In this document: in pieces, positions 23,235 through 32,063 of the stretch
Position numbering within the stretch: the stretch's first letter is position 1
How the letters are laid out: each line of letters opens with the position of its first letter
Virus record (IMG/VR): IMGVR_UViG_3300027900_000002
Coordinates: 1-37,208 of that record
Strand: one strand, 5' to 3'
Length of the DNA stretch: 37,208 bases
Source: a virus
Taxonomy: Duplodnaviria; Caudoviricetes
Program-made: the position numbers and the translations under genes
The notes under the pieces: generated by a model
Seen by the model: only the letters and a program-made list of their open reading frames with translations
Databases searched by the model: none
Told to the model about the DNA's origin: nothing

Positions 23235-24328
23235 TATTTCACCAACTGGACTTCGTGATCGCCGTTAGGGTCGAGCTTCTTGATGACGTAGCGTTTACCG
23301 CCTTTGTCGATGAAATCGCCCAGTTTGTACTGCTTTGGCCCGGTTGGTCCTTCGATTCTTTGCGGGGAAATGTCTGGGGACTCTTTGAAATACTGGCCAC
23401 TTCTCAGGGAGTCGGCCTTTGACTTGTTGAATGAGTAACGGCGTTCCGCGAGTTCTCTGGCGCGATTCAGAATCGCCTCTCTTTGTGCCGGGGTCTTATC
23501 GACGGAAGCCTGTAGATCAAGGAGAATCTTGCGCTCGCCTTCTGTCGGCATACCGCCAAAGATCAGTTTCAGAGATTCAAGCGCCTGCCCCGTCATGATG
23601 TTATCGAGGTCAATCGTAGCGTTAGCTGCTTCATCTTCACCGGGGAGCCAGCTTTTTACCTTGGCGCGTTCCTTGGCGTAGGGTCCGAATTTGGCCGTCT
23701 TGTTGATTTCCTTGGCCTTGTCGAGCAAACCAATGACGTTGGACGCGGCTTGTAATGTCTCGTCGGCCTCAAACAGTTCTTTTTGAACCGTGGGAGACAT
23801 GCGTCCTTCTCCCTTGGCCTCGGCTATCTTCTTTTGCGCGTCAACGTAACCCGGCATCATCCAGTCAGGAACAGACGATTTGCGGCGCGACTGCCCAAGT
23901 GGTTCAAATTTTCCTGTGGATTTGTTGAATACACCGGACTGAACTTGATCGTTACCGGCACCAATTTCGCCAAGCGTATACTCATCCTGTTTTGGCTTCA
24001 TGGTTTCCATTAGTTTGTACGCCATGTCTCCCCTACCGCCTTTCAGGAGTCCGGAAATAGCGTTTTCCATGCTGAAATTGCCCGGCGTTCCCGGTGAGCC
24101 AGTCCCCGGAACCGGTGCGCCCATTGCCAGAGGGCCGACCCCGGAGCCAACATCCTGTTCTGAATATGGGCGGTCAGGCGTGGCCGGTGTGCCTTGTGTG
24201 TAGGCGCTGCGGAGAATGTCGGCCAAGGCGTTGCGCTCTTCCTCAAGGCGACGGCGCTCCTGCTCTTGACGTTGTACGCCGCGCATCTCGGCGTTGTAGG
24301 CGTCTCTACGGTCTGCCCAGGTTGCCAT
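23234..24328 (-). CDS. DNA ejection protein (gp20-like position)
   Basis: 364 aa; FGGMPTEGERKILLDLQAS motif; synteny. Confidence 0.6.
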   Translation of the reverse strand: MATWADRRDAYNAEMRGVQRQEQERRRLEEERNALADILRSAYTQGTPATPDRPYSEQDVGSGVGPLAMGAPVPGTGSPGTPGNFSMENAISGLLKGGRGDMAYKLMETMKPKQDEYTLGEIGAGNDQVQSGVFNKSTGKFEPLGQSRRKSSVPDWMMPGYVDAQKKIAEAKGEGRMSPTVQKELFEADETLQAASNVIGLLDKAKEINKTAKFGPYAKERAKVKSWLPGEDEAANATIDLDNIMTGQALESLKLIFGGMPTEGERKILLDLQASVDKTPAQREAILNRARELAERRYSFNKSKADSLRSGQYFKESPDISPQRIEGPTGPKQYKLGDFIDKGGKRYVIKKLDPNGDHEVQLVK

Positions 24329-25032
24329 TAGAAGTAGCCTCCGCCGTAACCGCCGCTTGTGTAGTTATTTCCGAAGTTTGCAGAGGTGTTTTGCCAGTCG
24401 TTACTACCTCCGCCTCCACCACCACTTGTATTGGAAGCGCCACCAGTCGGTGAGCCACCGCCGGCAGATGAAGGCACCCAGCTTTGCAGGACGTTGTTAA
24501 AGTCATTCTCAGCAGCCCTGACTTCCTGTGCGCCTTTGAGGAACTGGTTAAATGTGTTGTCACCCTGATGGGAGAGAAGAGAGGCTAGCGCGTTACCTTC
24601 GCCCGTCGCCAGATTGGACATATTAGAGGAAGCGTTCTGGCCGATCCCGAGCTTCTGCATCCAGCGGCCAAACTCGTTGGCGTATTCCTGTGATGCAGCG
24701 CCTTGGCCGTAGTCTTGCAGGGCTTTACCCGTGTTTCCTGAGAGAAGCCCGCCACGGGCGGCAGCGGAGTTCTCCAGGGCTTCTGTGCCTTGTCCGAGTC
24801 GCCACTTGTAACTAGGGTCAGAGGTTATCGAGTTCGGATCTGCTCCCCATGCCTTGAATCCTGACAAAGACTCCTGTCCGTAGTCATACCATGGACGTTG
24901 GTAGTCTTTGGCCTCACCGTAACTGGTACCGATCTGGTCGCGGGCTTTTTGGTTCCAGGCCGCAGACTCAGCCATCTTTCTCTTGAATTTGGGCTGCAAA
25001 ATGTGGTTCATCAAACCCGGTCCAAAACCCAT
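24328..25032 (-). CDS. DNA ejection protein (P22 gp7-like)
   Basis: PSYKWRLGQG..ALENSAAARGGLLSGNTGKALQDYGQG motif. Confidence 0.75.
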   Translation of the reverse strand: MGFGPGLMNHILQPKFKRKMAESAAWNQKARDQIGTSYGEAKDYQRPWYDYGQESLSGFKAWGADPNSITSDPSYKWRLGQGTEALENSAAARGGLLSGNTGKALQDYGQGAASQEYANEFGRWMQKLGIGQNASSNMSNLATGEGNALASLLSHQGDNTFNQFLKGAQEVRAAENDFNNVLQSWVPSSAGGGSPTGGASNTSGGGGGGSNDWQNTSANFGNNYTSGGYGGGYF

Positions 25033-25044
25033 ATGTGTCTCCTG

Positions 25045-25299
25045 TTATACACTCAAACCAGTTGCGTCTACCCAAACCACCGCAGGGGTGACAGCACTAA
25101 CCCATATCGGTTGGCCAAGTGTCGTATCTAAAAAGGGTCGCCCGATCCAAAGATTTTTGGTCGGGCGTTGTGCGGTCGTACCGGACTCAGTGAGCGAATT
25201 CGCCGCCAGCCAGATCAGGTTTAACCACTCCGACCCGACCTTTGTTACCTTGCCGTCCTTATCAATCAGGGCGACGTTAAACGGAGGAGTCGGGATCAT
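25045..25299 (-). CDS. Small virion (tail) protein
   Basis: GTTAQRPT...IGRPFLDTTLGQPIW...WVDATG motif seen in tail proteins. Confidence 0.65.
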   Translation of the reverse strand: MIPTPPFNVALIDKDGKVTKVGSEWLNLIWLAANSLTESGTTAQRPTKNLWIGRPFLDTTLGQPIWVSAVTPAVVWVDATGLSV

Positions 25300-26705
25300 G
25301 GCTGGTTAATAAAAATACCTGTAATAACGCGCTTAATAGGGTCTGTAATCGCTAACCGAAATACCAGATCACGCGAACTCAGCGGGAATGTCGGCCTGCC
25401 AAATCTGGCACGGGTCATGGTTTCACCGATAGCCCCGAGTGAAGTCCAGACCTCGGAACCGAACGTCTGGCCACCGTCTACCGAGATTTGCAGCATGATT
25501 TGAGGGTCTACACCCTGACCAGAGACAAGACCTACTCCCATCTGTCCGTCTACCTGAAACGAGGAAATACGCTGTCTCGCGCCTTCGTCGTACAGATGAC
25601 GACTGGTGATCTCCATCCTCAGTTCTTCGCCGTTGTCGGCGTAAACATCTGGTTTTAGCTTGTACATCTTGCCGTTTTCGTAATCGGTGACGATCCTATT
25701 ACCCTGAAATTCGACTCCAATTTCTCCACGGTCGCGGTCAATCCCGTAACTTTTGAGCTGTGACCAGAGCTTGGTGGAGCCGTCATACAGCCAGGAAGCG
25801 TTGTCAGACGGAAAATTGATCTGGTACATCGGATGCCCGCCAAGGGTGTAACTGAACCCGGTCGCATCGGACACATCCCCATAACTGTCAATGATGTAAT
25901 CCAGTTCCGAGGTCGAAATACGAGTAACCGCATAGCCTTCCAGAACCCCTACGATTGACCCACCGCCTCTGACTTTGGCCAGAAAGGCGAGTGTTCCCAT
26001 GAACGGAGCTACGCTCCAGCGGGCAGATAGTCCGAAATCCTGATTCGCACCACCGACCCGGATATACGGAAATCCCGGTAGACCGGCATTGGCCCACGGT
26101 TCGATGGTGTCGTTACCAAACAGGATGACTTGCCCGTTTAGGGCGTAGACCCGTTTCAGATAGTCCGGCTGGGATTCAGCGGTCGCAAAGTTCGTGCCGT
26201 CATAACTTGAGGCCGCATAGGCGTCTGATCCGTAGAACCGCCCGGAGTTGGCAAAACTGTTCAAAATACGTCCAGAATCAAAGCAATTTGTAACCGCGTT
26301 GTTGGGAAAATCAACGTCCGTGACCTCGGCCCACGCCGTGGTGTTCATGTTGTACGTCCAGCCGTCGGACCCATCTACGATCTGGATTTGCGTGCCGTTA
26401 TCGGCAATGGATACACGTCCGGATGTCGTATTCAACGTCCCGAGACTGGCTGTAACACCTGCATTGTTCACGCTGTAGAATGTTCCACGATGTACAAAAT
26501 ACAGATAGTCACTGTTCTGCGGAACGTGTACCCCACGGACTGGGGTATCGCCCATGCTGATGAACAACTCTTTACCCGGAGTGCCTAAAATAGCGACCTT
26601 GGTCTTGTCGCCGTCCGGGGTGTATTCGTAGTAGCAATTAACCCGGCTTTGCGCTGTGATGCTTGGGCTTTTACCCTGTATGCCGGTGCCAAATAAGGTA
26701 TCCAT
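25296..26705 (-). CDS. P22 gp10-like packaged DNA stabilisation/tail hub protein
   Basis: GRVSIADNG...FATAESQPD...DPQIMLQISVDGGQTFG...RLAITDPIKRVI. Confidence 0.88.
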   Translation of the reverse strand: MDTLFGTGIQGKSPSITAQSRVNCYYEYTPDGDKTKVAILGTPGKELFISMGDTPVRGVHVPQNSDYLYFVHRGTFYSVNNAGVTASLGTLNTTSGRVSIADNGTQIQIVDGSDGWTYNMNTTAWAEVTDVDFPNNAVTNCFDSGRILNSFANSGRFYGSDAYAASSYDGTNFATAESQPDYLKRVYALNGQVILFGNDTIEPWANAGLPGFPYIRVGGANQDFGLSARWSVAPFMGTLAFLAKVRGGGSIVGVLEGYAVTRISTSELDYIIDSYGDVSDATGFSYTLGGHPMYQINFPSDNASWLYDGSTKLWSQLKSYGIDRDRGEIGVEFQGNRIVTDYENGKMYKLKPDVYADNGEELRMEITSRHLYDEGARQRISSFQVDGQMGVGLVSGQGVDPQIMLQISVDGGQTFGSEVWTSLGAIGETMTRARFGRPTFPLSSRDLVFRLAITDPIKRVITGIFINQP

Positions 26706-27965
26706 TTATTCCTTGTCCAGAATCTTAACAATGTCCTCGTCGAATACGACGAAGTTAGAGGTTATCTTTGGCGCAATGGCTTTGTACTCTGGATTTTTCT
26801 TTATGAAAGAATCCAGCTCCGCCTGAGAATTAAACGTGTTCTCTCCGCCTTTAGGGTGTTTAGCAATCCATCTCTGTGATGTATCTCTTGAGGCTTGGTC
26901 TAGGTAGCGGATACCGGGGATGCCTGCATTCAGTAATGCCTTAGAACCTTCCTCTGGGGAAAGTCCGAGTCTCCTATACAAATCTGCTCCAGTTGAGGAA
27001 GATTCCAGAGCATCCAGCCAATGCTTCCTAGCTTGTTCCTCAGTAGCGCCTTTAATCATCACCCCTATTGGCCTGTTCTTATCATTCACGAACCCGCCAT
27101 AGTTCTCGTATTGTTTCCACTTAAGGCCCATAGCCTCAGGTGTAAGTGCCTTCCTCACACTCTCCGGCTGCTCACTTAAAGGCTTATCCCAGTCAAGGAA
27201 GTTCTTAACGGCAGAGTCGGATATGTCTACTTTGTAGAGGTTGGCGTTATCGGCTACCCATCTTGGCGGTGTTTTCTCGTATTTCTTCAAGGCCGTTTCG
27301 TATGTATCCATCCACTTTGGATCAGCGCCGTTATCGCGCATTTCTCTAGTGGCTTTTACGGCGTTCTGATACCCCTGCGCGGCTATCGACTTGGCGGCTG
27401 TCTTTTCAATATCCGGCAAAGCATCAACATCAATTTTGTTCTTTCCGATATACAGGCTGGATGTGCTATTTACGTCTGCATACGTTTTTGCAACATCAGG
27501 AGACTCCGCAAAATACAACCCATGCCCATAAGCCTGCGCCCCTTCTCCGGTGCCGATCTTGCTCATGCTGAACTTGTCGAACTTGTGGGGGGAGCCGTGG
27601 TAGGCAATCATACCCGCCATGGCACCGCCTAAAGACTCCGTACCGAATGGCATGGAACCATAGTAATCCTGCATGGCGGTTCTGGCCTGCTCAGAGGTTG
27701 GTTGTTCAATGCCGAAGCTGCTGGCAACCGTTGGCGAGGCGGTGGATGCGGTCAGGATGGCATTCGCCAGCTGTCTACGCATGCCGCTATCAATGTCGCC
27801 TTTCACGCCTTCCCAGTAACCGGGGCCGAATTTTGACAGGTAGTTACTAATTCCTTCTGCGACCGGGCCACGAGCATTCGCGCTGCCTTGATAGGAATGC
27901 GCCATCTCTTGCGCCAGTTTGTTCTTGTAAAGCTGTCGCTCCTGGTCGCTGATGTAGTTCGGCAT
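26706..27965 (-). CDS. ADP-ribosyltransferase-like (ART-PolyVal-type) protein
   Basis: AYHGSPHKFDKF...IGTGEGAQAYGHGLYFAE...LYKVDI...LDWDKPLSEQ...GIPGIRYLD...NFVVFD, the signature of polyvalent-protein ART domains. Confidence 0.75.
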   Translation of the reverse strand: MPNYISDQERQLYKNKLAQEMAHSYQGSANARGPVAEGISNYLSKFGPGYWEGVKGDIDSGMRRQLANAILTASTASPTVASSFGIEQPTSEQARTAMQDYYGSMPFGTESLGGAMAGMIAYHGSPHKFDKFSMSKIGTGEGAQAYGHGLYFAESPDVAKTYADVNSTSSLYIGKNKIDVDALPDIEKTAAKSIAAQGYQNAVKATREMRDNGADPKWMDTYETALKKYEKTPPRWVADNANLYKVDISDSAVKNFLDWDKPLSEQPESVRKALTPEAMGLKWKQYENYGGFVNDKNRPIGVMIKGATEEQARKHWLDALESSSTGADLYRRLGLSPEEGSKALLNAGIPGIRYLDQASRDTSQRWIAKHPKGGENTFNSQAELDSFIKKNPEYKAIAPKITSNFVVFDEDIVKILDKE

Positions 27966-27968
27966 GGA

Positions 27969-28649
27969 TCAGGTATCACTGTAAATATCATAGCGTCCGC
28001 CACCGCCTAACCCAAGATCAGCGTAGATTGTCGGCGTGTTGAAGGTCTTGAGCGCGGCTTTAGCCTGTCGGGCGACTTCGACCACGGAAGGCGGCAACGG
28101 CAGGTCTGGGTAGTCGCCTTGTAATTCAACAGACAGATTGGCCTCAATCGCCCTGCGGTAGCCGAGAGGAAGGGCTAAAACGTCCGTCAACGCGGTGAAA
28201 CTCTGTAACTGCTTCCAGGAGTTGATGTGAATCGAGATAGACGCACTCGGGACCGGATAGCCGTAGATAATCCCGAGTGTCGGGGTATTGTCGTAGTACA
28301 AAACATCCGGATAGGTGCTCTGTCTCGTCTTGTCTGCAATGGCGTCGTATTCTTCCTTGGTGATAACCGAATACGGATAGTCGATATTGCTGATCCGGGT
28401 AAAACCGGCTTCTATACGGGTCGGTCTGGTGGTATTGAAGTTCCCACCCGTGCCGATGGTCCTGGAGGAAGCCCCAGACGCCCACGTGAACGTCTCTTCG
28501 AGCATCTGGTAGACGTACAGTCGCTCGATAGACCACGACTCCAGCATGGCATTGACCGTAGACAGAGCGTCACTGGCCTCTGTCGCGGTCGGGTTGCTGA
28601 CGCCGTAGGGTCTGAGAGACTTCGTTATGACATCAAGGATTGTCGCCAT
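27969..28649 (-). CDS. Head-tail adaptor/head closure protein (start MATILD...)
   Basis: DVITKSLR..GV...EASDAL..VNAMLESW...LPLGYRRAIEANL, typical of podoviral adaptors; synteny. Confidence 0.7.
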   Translation of the reverse strand: MATILDVITKSLRPYGVSNPTATEASDALSTVNAMLESWSIERLYVYQMLEETFTWASGASSRTIGTGGNFNTTRPTRIEAGFTRISNIDYPYSVITKEEYDAIADKTRQSTYPDVLYYDNTPTLGIIYGYPVPSASISIHINSWKQLQSFTALTDVLALPLGYRRAIEANLSVELQGDYPDLPLPPSVVEVARQAKAALKTFNTPTIYADLGLGGGGRYDIYSDT

Positions 28650-28950
28650 CTTCCTCAGGACCAATCAGGTCTTTCTCGCTCAAGATGAGATAGTCTTTCC
28701 CGCCGTGTGAGACGGGAAGACCTCCGTTTTTGGTGAACCGGATAATGTCTCCCGGTTTCACGCCGTACTGGTGATCACAATCCTTGCCCATGGCCAGGAC
28801 TTTGCCACGGGTCTTTGACTTGCCTTCAATCCCTGAGCTTTTGGTGTTGAACTTGTCGAACTGGACGACTTCTATGATGGAACTCATGGCTTCGTCATCC
28901 ATCGGTTCTACCACTAAACGCTTTCCCATAGGCTTGATTGGGCAAAGCAT
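28633..28950 (-). CDS. groES: GroES/Cpn10-like co-chaperonin
   Basis: IKPMGKRLVVEP...RGKVLAMG...VKPGDIIRF...GKDYLILSEKDLIG. Confidence 0.85.
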   Translation of the reverse strand: MLCPIKPMGKRLVVEPMDDEAMSSIIEVVQFDKFNTKSSGIEGKSKTRGKVLAMGKDCDHQYGVKPGDIIRFTKNGGLPVSHGGKDYLILSEKDLIGPEEDGDNP

Positions 28951-29255
28951 CAGGCGGCCTCCGGGCCTGATTCATTCAGAGCGGCCTGAATAGAGGCGTC
29001 CGACATCCGGTGATGCGGGGCTTTGTCAAACTTCACTTTGTACTGCTCGACCAATTCCATGCGAGCGGCACTGATTCCTGGTACTGACTTCAACTTCTCT
29101 GGTTTCGGCTCTTTGTGAACTTCAGCCTTGACGCGGTTAAAGAACACATCCGCACTGACCTCGGTCCAGCCGTTTTTCTTGTCGGCATCGGCTTCCAACA
29201 TCTGCATGGCAATCTTCTTGCCGTGGCGAGGGTGTACAAGGTAAATCTGCATCAT
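28950..29255 (-). CDS. Hypothetical head-region protein
   Basis: AGGAG SD; IYLVHPRHGKKIA N-terminus; YKVKFDKAPHHRM C-terminus. Confidence 0.65.
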   Translation of the reverse strand: MMQIYLVHPRHGKKIAMQMLEADADKKNGWTEVSADVFFNRVKAEVHKEPKPEKLKSVPGISAARMELVEQYKVKFDKAPHHRMSDASIQAALNESGPEAA

Positions 29256-29296
29256 GGTGAATCTCCTGTGCTTGAGTGCCGCCGGATGGCGTGGGT

Positions 29297-29322
29297 AAAA
29301 CTCCGGGGAGAAATCCCCGGAG
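29297..29322 (-). terminator. Terminator after the coat/decoration genes
   Basis: Minus strand CTCCGGGGA-TTTC-TCCCCGGAG-TTTT. Confidence 0.7.
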
Positions 29323-29335
29323 GTAATGACTAAAA

Positions 29336-29812
29336 CTAGCTAGTAGCGAATGGTGTCGCCAAGGTGCCAGCACCATGAGTGACGCCATGGATGACCCACT
29401 GAGTGGTCGAGATAGCCGTCAGGCTATACCGCTCACCCAACAGACCGCCCGTGGTCGTACCAGCCGCCGAGATAGCGCGGTGGGTAGAACCATCGGCCTC
29501 AAAGTAATCACCGGACTGGGCGACCGTTACATCACCCATGATGATGCCACCAAGAAGGAACTCGGTAGCGGCAGCGGTGATGACCTTGTGGGCGTTGGAC
29601 GTGACAGCGACTGTAACCAGAAACTCAAACTTCATGCCTACGACCGGAGTCGGCAGGGTATAAACGATACCAGCCGCCCGGTCGAACAGGCACAGCGAAC
29701 CGGATTCGTTCGCCAAGAGTTTACGGGTCGCGCCTACGGACTGAATGACATTTTGATGGCGAGCTGGCTCAAAGATGCCATCGGATGCACGTGCAATAGC
29801 TGTTGCGGGCAT
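29336..29812 (-). CDS. Putative capsid decoration/accessory protein
   Basis: AAGGAG SD; directly after coat; beta-rich (YTLPTPVVGMKFEF). Confidence 0.6.
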   Translation of the reverse strand: MPATAIARASDGIFEPARHQNVIQSVGATRKLLANESGSLCLFDRAAGIVYTLPTPVVGMKFEFLVTVAVTSNAHKVITAAATEFLLGGIIMGDVTVAQSGDYFEADGSTHRAISAAGTTTGGLLGERYSLTAISTTQWVIHGVTHGAGTLATPFATS

Positions 29813-29835
29813 TGTAATACTCCTTTAATCAGTGA

Positions 29836-31011
29836 TTAACCAGTGATACGGCAGGCCCATTCCGGACGGATAGCTTCATACCCGTGCAGAATGTCGAGAC
29901 GCGCCGGGATGTTGTCGTTGTTGATGTCGTACTGACGCACCAACCGAATTGACAGGCCATCCAGCTCTTCACGGGCCGCGAAATGCACACCCTTCGGCAA
30001 TTCCAGATCGGCGGTCACGAACGCGAACGCATCTTTGTGGTAAGCCAGATGCTGTTCATAGACCGTGGAAGCCGAACCAACCAGAGTGATCGCCGCCCCC
30101 GTTACCGGCAGCGCGTTGACGTTCTGATTGGCGCCCGTGGCGTAGTAAGCCGGGGTGAACGTCCAGGAGGTCGTGGCGTCAGCGGTCAGGGTGAACTGCT
30201 GCAAGTAGCCAAGATTCTGCTTGGTTTCCGGATGCACAGCGTAGACGTTATCAATGGTGAAGATCGTACCAGCCGTCACGCTACCACCCGCCGTGGTCAG
30301 AGCGACATCGCCATCAGCGATAGCCGCGTCATTCACAGTAACAGTGGTATGATCGGAACCAGTGGTAATGTTCCAAATACGCTCGTTCTCGTACCAGTCA
30401 AAACCGGAGTTACGCGAGATAAAGCCGTCACGGTACTGCTTCTTGATCTCCATCTGATCGTGAAACAGGGCCGAATACGCATTGACCATGGCCGACATCG
30501 CGTCAGAATTGATCTGAACGGAACGCTGGTTATCCTTCGGGGCAAGGTTCTGGTTGAGCTTGGCGCGTGCCTGACCAAACATCAGCATCGAGTTCGGCGT
30601 AGTGCCGGCCGTACCCACGCCGTTCCAGACCTTTTTGGTGACGTGGTTCAGGTAGTCGTATTCCAGCGTTGACACCAGAATCGAGGTGGCAGGCTGAACG
30701 ATACGTTTGCTGAAGTCGTCCAGATCCATCGTCAACTCAGCAGAAGAGAAGTTCATGTCCACGCCCTTCTGGGTAGCAAGGGTCAGCGTCACGGAATCTT
30801 CTTGGGTTTCCTGAGGAGCCAGTGTTTTGCCGGTACGAACGACATACTTGTTCGGCTTACGAATCTTGAGAGCCGTGCCGATTTTTGCGCCGGATTGGGC
30901 GTAAGAATCGTCGTAACTCAGATTCGTGGTGCCGATAAAGGTCGCCTGTTCATGGGCAACACGCTGAATTTCGCGTGTGACCGCAGTAGGCGTAAGGATG
31001 ACTTGTGCCAT
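29836..31011 (-). CDS. Major capsid protein (P22 coat family)
   Basis: GAKIGTALKIRKP...FSSAELTMDLDDFSKRI...RLDILHGY..IRPEWACRI. Confidence 0.93.
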   Translation of the reverse strand: MAQVILTPTAVTREIQRVAHEQATFIGTTNLSYDDSYAQSGAKIGTALKIRKPNKYVVRTGKTLAPQETQEDSVTLTLATQKGVDMNFSSAELTMDLDDFSKRIVQPATSILVSTLEYDYLNHVTKKVWNGVGTAGTTPNSMLMFGQARAKLNQNLAPKDNQRSVQINSDAMSAMVNAYSALFHDQMEIKKQYRDGFISRNSGFDWYENERIWNITTGSDHTTVTVNDAAIADGDVALTTAGGSVTAGTIFTIDNVYAVHPETKQNLGYLQQFTLTADATTSWTFTPAYYATGANQNVNALPVTGAAITLVGSASTVYEQHLAYHKDAFAFVTADLELPKGVHFAAREELDGLSIRLVRQYDINNDNIPARLDILHGYEAIRPEWACRITG

Positions 31012-31078
31012 TGTGTTTCTCCATGGGCCGGGATTCCCGGCACTGTCGGATTGTTAAGTCTCACGACTTAACGTAGGT

Positions 31079-31882
31079 TTACCGTCCCAGTTGCTTTAAC
31101 CGGCGTTTTTGCCATTCCTTCGGTGACAATTTGTCATCTAGGCCATCGGGTAGATCACCCTTTGGCTTGACGGGGCTTAACGGCGGTTTCGCTTCTGAAA
31201 CGGACTTGGGTTGTAACAGATCGTCCAGCTTTGCCTCTATTTTCCCGAGTTCCCGTGCCGCTTGGGTCGGGGTCAGGTAGTAGAGTTTTCGTGCCACATC
31301 CGGGTTTTTCGCCAAATAAACCGCCAATTCCGGGCCGTTTTCAGACTCCAGAATGGTCGGGGCCATGGCTTCGGAGATTGACGCACTCTCGAACAGGTCG
31401 TCATAGTCCGGGTATTTCTCCCGTACCTTGTCGGCGCGTTCGTTGAAAGACTTAAGAGAACCGTCCATGCGTTCCTTTTGGGAGCGCTGGTTAAAGTCCT
31501 CTTGGGCCTTTTTGATGCGCTGCTCTACCTTCCACTCGGCCAGAGCTTCGGTGTACTCGTCGTAACTGGTGAATCTCGGGTCATTGACGTTCGGGCGGGT
31601 CGGGTCTACCGGGGCGTGTGTGTCCTGTTTCCGGGACTTGAACTGCTCCAGTTCCTGACGAAGCCGCGTTACTTCGCGGCGTTCTTCCTCACGTTCACGG
31701 CGGGCTTCTTCTCGTTGCCAGACAATCTTGTCGATTCGTTTGCGTACCTGATCCTCTTCCGAAAGCTGTACGGGTTCTTTCGGCGTAGCGGGTGACGGTT
31801 CCGCTTTTACTTCTGGCGTCTCGGGCGTTACTTCAGGGGTTTCGACTTCGGGTGTTTCGGGTACTTCGTTCTCGTTTTCCAT
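31079..31882 (-). CDS. Scaffolding protein
   Basis: Acidic TPEV-repeat N-terminus, coiled coil, GPELAVYLAKNP...ELGKIEAKL, EWQKRR C-terminus; between portal and coat. Confidence 0.85.
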   Translation of the reverse strand: MENENEVPETPEVETPEVTPETPEVKAEPSPATPKEPVQLSEEDQVRKRIDKIVWQREEARREREEERREVTRLRQELEQFKSRKQDTHAPVDPTRPNVNDPRFTSYDEYTEALAEWKVEQRIKKAQEDFNQRSQKERMDGSLKSFNERADKVREKYPDYDDLFESASISEAMAPTILESENGPELAVYLAKNPDVARKLYYLTPTQAARELGKIEAKLDDLLQPKSVSEAKPPLSPVKPKGDLPDGLDDKLSPKEWQKRRLKQLGR

Positions 31883-31943
31883 GGTGCTCCTGTAACTAGG
31901 ATGGGCTGTCTCACGACAGCGGCCCGGAAGCCCTCCGGTAGGG

Positions 31944-32063
31944 TCAAGCGGCTAACAACAGTATCAATGACCTGTTGCGCTTTTTCCTGATCTGTTCTCT
32001 CTCAAGGTACTCAAGAATCTTCAGTGCGGCGATACGGTCTTGGCGAGACTGTTTCCTGCTCAT
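31944..32063 (-). CDS. 39-aa micro-ORF ending LILLLAA (not in track)
   Basis: ATGA overlap with the portal stop; MSRKQSRQDRIAALKILEYLEREQIRKKRNRSLILLLAA*. Confidence 0.45.
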   Translation of the reverse strand: MSRKQSRQDRIAALKILEYLEREQIRKKRNRSLILLLAA

